Of a DNA stretch of 64,000 nt, positions 58,748-64,000 are shown piece by piece. The notes beneath the pieces were generated by a model that did no database searches, was not told the origin of the DNA, and saw nothing but the letters and a program-made list of their open reading frames with translations. Made by a program: the position numbers and the translations under genes. Source of the DNA: Alphaproteobacteria bacterium (GTDB lineage Bacteria > Pseudomonadota > Alphaproteobacteria > UBA828); the NCBI GenBank assembly GCA_965214705.1, contig OZ243972.1, forward strand, positions 3,168,001 to 3,232,000. Direction: 5' to 3'. Position 1 is the first letter of the stretch, and each line of letters begins with the position of its first letter.

Positions 58748-58874
58748 TCGATCTTCCGATCGCCCGATTGCCAGTGCAAAGCGGGTGAGGGGACGGCGGT
58801 CTTCCCATGTACGCAGCACCTCTGGAACCCTAGAATCACGCGGCTAGCAACTCTTCCAACGGAGTCACGCTTTC

Positions 58875-60164
58875 ATGACAGACGGTTCAACCGGCAACGG
58901 CGCCCAAGGCCCGCGCGTTGTCGTCGTCGGCGGGTCGATGGGCGGCTTGCTCGCCGGCAGCATGCTCTACCGCGCCGGCTGCGACGTGACGGTGCACGAG
59001 CGCATCGGCACCGAGCTCGCCGAGCGGGGCGTCGGCATCGCGACCCACCCGGAGCTTCACGCCGCGCTCGAGAGTCTGGGGCTTTCCATCGACGGGGCGT
59101 ATGGCGCGCGGCTCGAGGAGCGCATCACCCTCGGCACCGACGGCAGCATCCTCGCGCGCTATCACTGTCCTCAAATCCAGGCATCCTGGGGGCACCTCTA
59201 CGGCCTGCTGCGCAGCAACTTTCCCGATGAGCGCTACATCGCCGGCGCCAACTTCACAGGCTTCGAGCCCCACGGCGACAGCGTGCGTGCGCACTTCGAG
59301 GACGGCACGATTATCGAGGCCGATCTCCTGATCGGCGCCGACGGCGTGCGCTCCACCGTTCGTCCCCAGCTTTGGCCGGATGCGGTGCCCAAGTACGCAG
59401 GCTATGTGGCCTGGCGCGGCATCGTCGATGAGGACCAGCTCTCGGCGGAGTGGCGCGACATGCTGATGGCGCACTTCATCGTTTACCTGCCGCCAGGCGA
59501 GCACGTGGTCGCCTACCCGGTGGCGGGCGCGAACGGCGACCTGAGCCCCGGCAAGCGCCGCTTCAACATCGTCTGGTACACGCTGACCACGGCCGAGAAG
59601 CTGCGGCAGATGCAGACCGACGCCACCGGCCACCATCATGAGGCGGGGATCGCGCCGCACCTCATCCTCCCGTCGTTCATCGATGAGGTCCATCAAGCGG
59701 CGGCCGAGCGCCTGCCGCCCTGCCTCGCCGAGCCGATGACGCTCGCGCAAGGGCTCTTCTTCCAGACAATCGTGGATCTGGAGGTGCCCCGGATGGTGCA
59801 GGGGCGCGTGGCGATGCTGGGCGATTCGGCGTTCTCTGCCAGGCCCCATACCGGCATGGGCGTGGTCAAGGCGACCGGCGATGCGAACTCCCTCGCCCGG
59901 GCCATCGAGGGCCATCCCGGCGATCTCGCGGGCGCGCTCTCGGCCTACGACGAGGAGCGGACCCTCTACGGCCGCTCCCTGGTCCGCTTCGGCCGCCGCC
60001 TGGGCACGCATATCGAGACCCCGGAGCGGAGCGCCGAGGACTGCGCCTTCGGCGACTATCTGCGCGAGCCTTTGACGGTGATCCAGGCCATCTCGATCCC
60101 GCCGCCCTGCTCGCCGCTCGCGGCGTTCAGAGAGGACCCGGAGATCGTCTGCGAACGCCGTTAG
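58875..60164 (+). CDS. FAD-dependent monooxygenase (2,6-dihydroxypyridine hydroxylase-like)
   Basis: GGSMGG, GADG.RS, YAGYVAWRG, GDSAF.ARPHTGMG. Confidence 0.82.
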   Translation: MTDGSTGNGAQGPRVVVVGGSMGGLLAGSMLYRAGCDVTVHERIGTELAERGVGIATHPELHAALESLGLSIDGAYGARLEERITLGTDGSILARYHCPQIQASWGHLYGLLRSNFPDERYIAGANFTGFEPHGDSVRAHFEDGTIIEADLLIGADGVRSTVRPQLWPDAVPKYAGYVAWRGIVDEDQLSAEWRDMLMAHFIVYLPPGEHVVAYPVAGANGDLSPGKRRFNIVWYTLTTAEKLRQMQTDATGHHHEAGIAPHLILPSFIDEVHQAAAERLPPCLAEPMTLAQGLFFQTIVDLEVPRMVQGRVAMLGDSAFSARPHTGMGVVKATGDANSLARAIEGHPGDLAGALSAYDEERTLYGRSLVRFGRRLGTHIETPERSAEDCAFGDYLREPLTVIQAISIPPPCSPLAAFREDPEIVCERR

Positions 60165-60317
60165 GGTGCGTCCGTCTTTGACGAACGCGGTGGGCCACGG
60201 CCCTGGTGAGAAATGCCGGCCAACCCCGGATAACCCTTCGCGTCTGGCTCGGCATTCGCCTATATAGTCGCCGCAGCGGCGGCCGAGGCCCCGCAGGGAA
60301 AACCTAGGGAGATCGAC

Positions 60318-61985
60318 ATGACGAATTCGACGGGTAACCGCTGGTCATTGGACCGGCGCACCTTCCTCAAGGGCACGACGGCGGCCGCGGCAGCGGCGAC
60401 GGTGCCGGGAGCGCTCGCAACCCGCGACGCCATGGCGCAAGACCGGGCGTCGACGCTGGTGCTCGCTTCGCCGGCGACGCCGCAGAGCCTCGACAGCGAA
60501 TACGACGTGAGCCTCGGGACCTTCGAGACGGTTGCCGCCTGCTACGATTCGCTCGTCGAATACGTGAAGATCCCGGATCCTGGTGTGCCGACGGCTCTTC
60601 GCGAGGACATCCAGGACTATCCGGATCTCCCCGGCCGCGTGAACATGAAGGGCAAGCTCGCCGAAAGCTGGGAGATCGACCCCAACAGCCAGTGGATCCG
60701 CTTCAAGCTGCGCGAAGGCGTGATGAGCAACTGGGGCAACGAGCTCACGGCCGAGGACGTGGTCTGGACCTGGCACCGCAAGCTGGGGCTCGGCGCCATC
60801 GGCGGCTTCTTCACCAACACCATCAGCCTCAGGCGGGAGGAGCAGATCAAGGCCGAGGGCAAGTACGTCTGCTCGATCAACCTCGACCATCCGAACCCGC
60901 TGCTGCTGAAGCTGCAGCCGAACCTCTACAGCCCGATCTACGATTCCACCAAGTGCAAGGAGGTCGGCGGCGCGGACGACCCCTGGGCCACGGAGTTCCT
61001 GAAGAACGAGACGGCAGGCTACGGCCCTTATCGCATCGAGCAGCTCACCCGCGGCGCTCAGGCGGTCTTCAAGGCGCGGGACGACTACTATGGCGGCAAG
61101 GCGCCGATGGAGACGGTGATCATGCGCGAGGTGCCGACCTCGGCCAACCGTGCCCAGCTGCTGCAGGGTGGCGCGGTGGACATCGCGCAGTACCTGCAGC
61201 CGCTCGAGCTGGTGCAGCTCGCCAAGGCGCCGGGCGTGACCGTGGAGACGATCCCCGCGACCTTCATGCTCTGGATCGAGCTCAACGCCAAGATTCCGCC
61301 CTTCGACAGCATCGACGTGCGCCGCGCGATGAACTTCGCGTTCCCGCAGGAGCAGGTGATCTCGACGGTGTTCCAGAACCTGGCGAGCCCGCTCACCGGC
61401 TGCATGCCCGACATCTATCCGGGCTTCAACGACAGCTACTGGGAATACGGCACCCAGGACCTCGACCACGCGCGTGAGCTGCTCAAGGGAGCCGGCTACG
61501 GCGACGGATTCGAGACCGTGCTCGGCTACAACGCCGCGGACGCGACGCAGGAGACCACGGCGATCCTCTTCCAAAGCGCGCTCAGGGAGATCGGCGTCAC
61601 CCTGCAGCTCAAGAAGATCCCGGCGGCGACGTTCTACAACAACGTCTCCGAGCGGAAGCAGCCGATGATCTTCTACTACGATTCGCCGTGGTGCCCGGAT
61701 CCCGGCTACTCGATGAACCTCTACTTCCACTCCAAGTCGTTCATCAACTACTCCAACTACGAGAACCTGCGGGTGGACGAGCTGATCGACGGCGCAGCGC
61801 AGACCGGCGACATGGACGCCCGGCTCGCGGCGATGGACGAGGTGCAGCAGATCGTGATGCGCGAGGCGCCCTGGGTGTTCGGCGTCTTCACCAACTACTC
61901 GATGGCGCGCCGCTCCGACATCCAGGGGTGGACCTACTACACGTCCAACAACATCCGCTTCCAGGACTTTCGCCGGGAGGCGTAG
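60318..61985 (+). CDS. Family-5 (Dpp/Opp) ABC substrate-binding protein with Tat signal
   Basis: DRRTFLK, LAESW, GYGPY, VRRAM. Confidence 0.9.
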   Translation: MTNSTGNRWSLDRRTFLKGTTAAAAAATVPGALATRDAMAQDRASTLVLASPATPQSLDSEYDVSLGTFETVAACYDSLVEYVKIPDPGVPTALREDIQDYPDLPGRVNMKGKLAESWEIDPNSQWIRFKLREGVMSNWGNELTAEDVVWTWHRKLGLGAIGGFFTNTISLRREEQIKAEGKYVCSINLDHPNPLLLKLQPNLYSPIYDSTKCKEVGGADDPWATEFLKNETAGYGPYRIEQLTRGAQAVFKARDDYYGGKAPMETVIMREVPTSANRAQLLQGGAVDIAQYLQPLELVQLAKAPGVTVETIPATFMLWIELNAKIPPFDSIDVRRAMNFAFPQEQVISTVFQNLASPLTGCMPDIYPGFNDSYWEYGTQDLDHARELLKGAGYGDGFETVLGYNAADATQETTAILFQSALREIGVTLQLKKIPAATFYNNVSERKQPMIFYYDSPWCPDPGYSMNLYFHSKSFINYSNYENLRVDELIDGAAQTGDMDARLAAMDEVQQIVMREAPWVFGVFTNYSMARRSDIQGWTYYTSNNIRFQDFRREA

Positions 61986-62091
61986 GGACGGCGTTCTGCG
62001 GGCCGCGTCGTTCTCCACGGCAGCGCGGCCCGCCCGCATCCCACATTTCTGATCGAAGCATTGATCACGCCACGGGCGTGAAGCGCGAGCG

Positions 62092-63042
62092 ATGACGGAC
62101 ATCACCGCCGGACATTCCGAGCGCAGCCGTTGGGAAGCCTTCGTCCATGCGCTCCGGTTCCTGCTGGCCGTGCTGCGGGCGCGGCCGCTGTTAGCGCTCG
62201 GCTACATCATTGTTCTCCTGGTTTTCGTTCTCGCCATCTTCGCGCCGCTGATTGCGCCCTACGAGCCCGAGGTTGCGAACCCGGTCGACTTCCTGCAGGG
62301 GCCGAGCTGGCGGCATCTCTTCGGCACCGATGCGACCGGCATGGATATCTTCAGCCGCATCGTTTACGCGCCGCGCATCGATCTCACGATCGCGCTCGCG
62401 GGCACGATGATCTCGGCCGTTGTGGGCTCCTTCATCGGCGCGGTGGTGGGCTACTACCAGGAAGGCGGCGGCTTCGGCTCCTTCGGCGCGGGCTTCGTCA
62501 TGCGCGCGGCGGACGTGCTGCAGGCCTTCCCCGTCTTCGTCTTCGCCATCGCGCTGGTCGCCATCTTCGGCCAGAGCCTGGAGAGCATCATCGCCGCCAT
62601 CGCCTTCGTGAACGCGCCGATCTACCTCCGCCTCATGCGGAGCCAGGTGCTCGCAATCCGCAACATGCGCTACGTCGAGGCGTCTTACGTCTCCGGCGCC
62701 TCCGACCTGATGATCATGCTGCGCCACATCATCCCGAATTCGATGGCGCCGATCCTGGCCCAGCTCTCGGTCAACATCGGCTGGTCGATCCTGCTGACGG
62801 CGGCGCTCAGCTTCGTCGGCGCCGGCGTGGTCGCGCCGACGCCCGAGTGGGGCAGCATGATCGCCATGGGTTTCCAGAACATCATCACCGGCCAATGGTG
62901 GCCGTCCGTCTTCCCCGGCATCGCGCTCGCGGTCACCGTGTTCGGGTTCGCGCTTGTCGGCGCGAGCGTCGAGGTGCTGGCGGACCCGGCGCGCAGGCGT
63001 GCGCTCGCCGGCACGCTGCGCGAGAGCAAGAGGCCGGCCTAG
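62092..63042 (+). CDS. Dpp/Opp ABC permease (DppC-like)
   Basis: HLFGTD..G.DIFSR, HIIPN, PEWG.MI. Confidence 0.9.
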   Translation: MTDITAGHSERSRWEAFVHALRFLLAVLRARPLLALGYIIVLLVFVLAIFAPLIAPYEPEVANPVDFLQGPSWRHLFGTDATGMDIFSRIVYAPRIDLTIALAGTMISAVVGSFIGAVVGYYQEGGGFGSFGAGFVMRAADVLQAFPVFVFAIALVAIFGQSLESIIAAIAFVNAPIYLRLMRSQVLAIRNMRYVEASYVSGASDLMIMLRHIIPNSMAPILAQLSVNIGWSILLTAALSFVGAGVVAPTPEWGSMIAMGFQNIITGQWWPSVFPGIALAVTVFGFALVGASVEVLADPARRRALAGTLRESKRPA

Positions 63043-63051
63043 GGGCGAGCG

Positions 63052-64000
63052 ATGCGCATCCTCCGCTACATCGGCCGCCGCTTCCTCTTCATCGGTCCGC
63101 AGCTCTTCGGGATCATCCTGGTGAGCTTCCTGCTGGTAAAGCTGATCCCCGGCGATCCGGCGGTGATGATGCTGGGCCCGTTCGCGACCGAGCAGCAGAT
63201 TGCCATGCTCAACGCGGAGATGGGGCTCGAAGGCACGATCATCGACCAGTTCTGGATTTACCTGCAGAACTTGGTGCAGGGCGACCTCGGCACCTCTTGG
63301 CAGACCACGAAGCCCGTCTTCGACGATCTCGCCATCCGCTTCCCGGCGACGCTGGAGCTGATCACGCTCTCGCTCCTGCTCGCGCTGCTGATCGGCATCC
63401 CGCTCGGCGTCGCCGCCGCCTACTTCAAGCGCTCGATCGTCAAGAAGTTCTCCGACTACTACGGCCTGCTCGCCGGCTCGCTGCCGGACTTCTGGCTGGG
63501 GCTGATCCTGATCTACCTGTTCTACACGATCATGCAGGTGGCGCCCGCGCCGCTCGGGCGCATCGACTTCGCGGTGCTGCCGCCGGCGCCGGTCACCAAC
63601 TTCCTGATCATCGACAGCCTGATCGCCGGCAACTGGCAGGCGCTCTGGTCGACGTTGGGCCACCTGGTGCTGCCGGTGGTCACGCTGGCCGTCATCAACG
63701 CCGGGCCGATCCTCAAGATGACCCAGGCGACCATGGAGCGGATGCTGGAATCCGACCTGATCCGCTACGCCGAAATGTGCGGGCTGCCGAAGCGGATCGT
63801 CATCCGCAAGGCGTTCCGCAACTCGCTGCCCTCGGTGGTCACCATCGTCAGCGTGCTCTACGGCTTCCTCATCGGCGGCGCGGTGCTGGTGGAGATCGTC
63901 TTCAGCTGGGGCGGTGCCGGACAGTATGCGGTGCAGGGCGTGCTCAACGCCGACATCAACCCGGTGCTGGGCTTCGTGCTCTTCTCGGCGATCCTCTCGC
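63052..64000 (+). CDS. Dpp/Opp ABC permease (DppB-like), 3'-truncated by window
   Basis: MRILRYIGRR, LIPGDPA, GDLGTS, RFPATLEL, HLVLP; absent from the ORF track because there is no stop. Confidence 0.88.
   Translation, partial: MRILRYIGRRFLFIGPQLFGIILVSFLLVKLIPGDPAVMMLGPFATEQQIAMLNAEMGLEGTIIDQFWIYLQNLVQGDLGTSWQTTKPVFDDLAIRFPATLELITLSLLLALLIGIPLGVAAAYFKRSIVKKFSDYYGLLAGSLPDFWLGLILIYLFYTIMQVAPAPLGRIDFAVLPPAPVTNFLIIDSLIAGNWQALWSTLGHLVLPVVTLAVINAGPILKMTQATMERMLESDLIRYAEMCGLPKRIVIRKAFRNSLPSVVTIVSVLYGFLIGGAVLVEIVFSWGGAGQYAVQGVLNADINPVLGFVLFSAILS

Noticed and set aside
1-64000. CRISPR array, tRNA, rRNA or riboswitch (e.g. a guanidine riboswitch before ure/urt)
   Set aside because: No regularly spaced repeats or recognisable RNA consensus seen by eye; a covariance-model search would be needed to exclude them fully.

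Overview
High-GC (roughly 65-70% by eye), probably alphaproteobacterial chromosome segment with two parts. (1) 1.1-9.9 kb is a nested mobile island inserted into the 3' end of a TPP-enzyme gene, whose last codons are duplicated at both borders. It holds an IS-split orphan Phd antitoxin, two IS1634 elements, a tyrosine-recombinase/IS91-transposase element and a composite IS1595+MITE unit. (2) 10-64 kb is a dense catabolic region that appears aimed at N-heterocycles, amides and ureas. It contains four ABC importers, a pyruvoyl-type histidine decarboxylase, two Mo-hydroxylases, two ATP-dependent hydantoinase/oxoprolinase pairs, a Ccr-like enzyme, a split PEP-synthase-like kinase pair, a single-chain triple Rid protein, a toluene-monooxygenase-like diiron enzyme lacking ferredoxin and reductase genes, an active-site-remodelled urease operon beside a non-canonical LuxR solo, and a flavin monooxygenase. 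The best candidates for undescribed systems are the Lrp-centred SDIMO / kinase / Mo-hydroxylase / HD locus (25.7-42 kb) and the divergent urease-hydantoinase-LuxR locus (42-59 kb). All family calls come from motif recognition by eye; no searches were run, and substrates are inferred.
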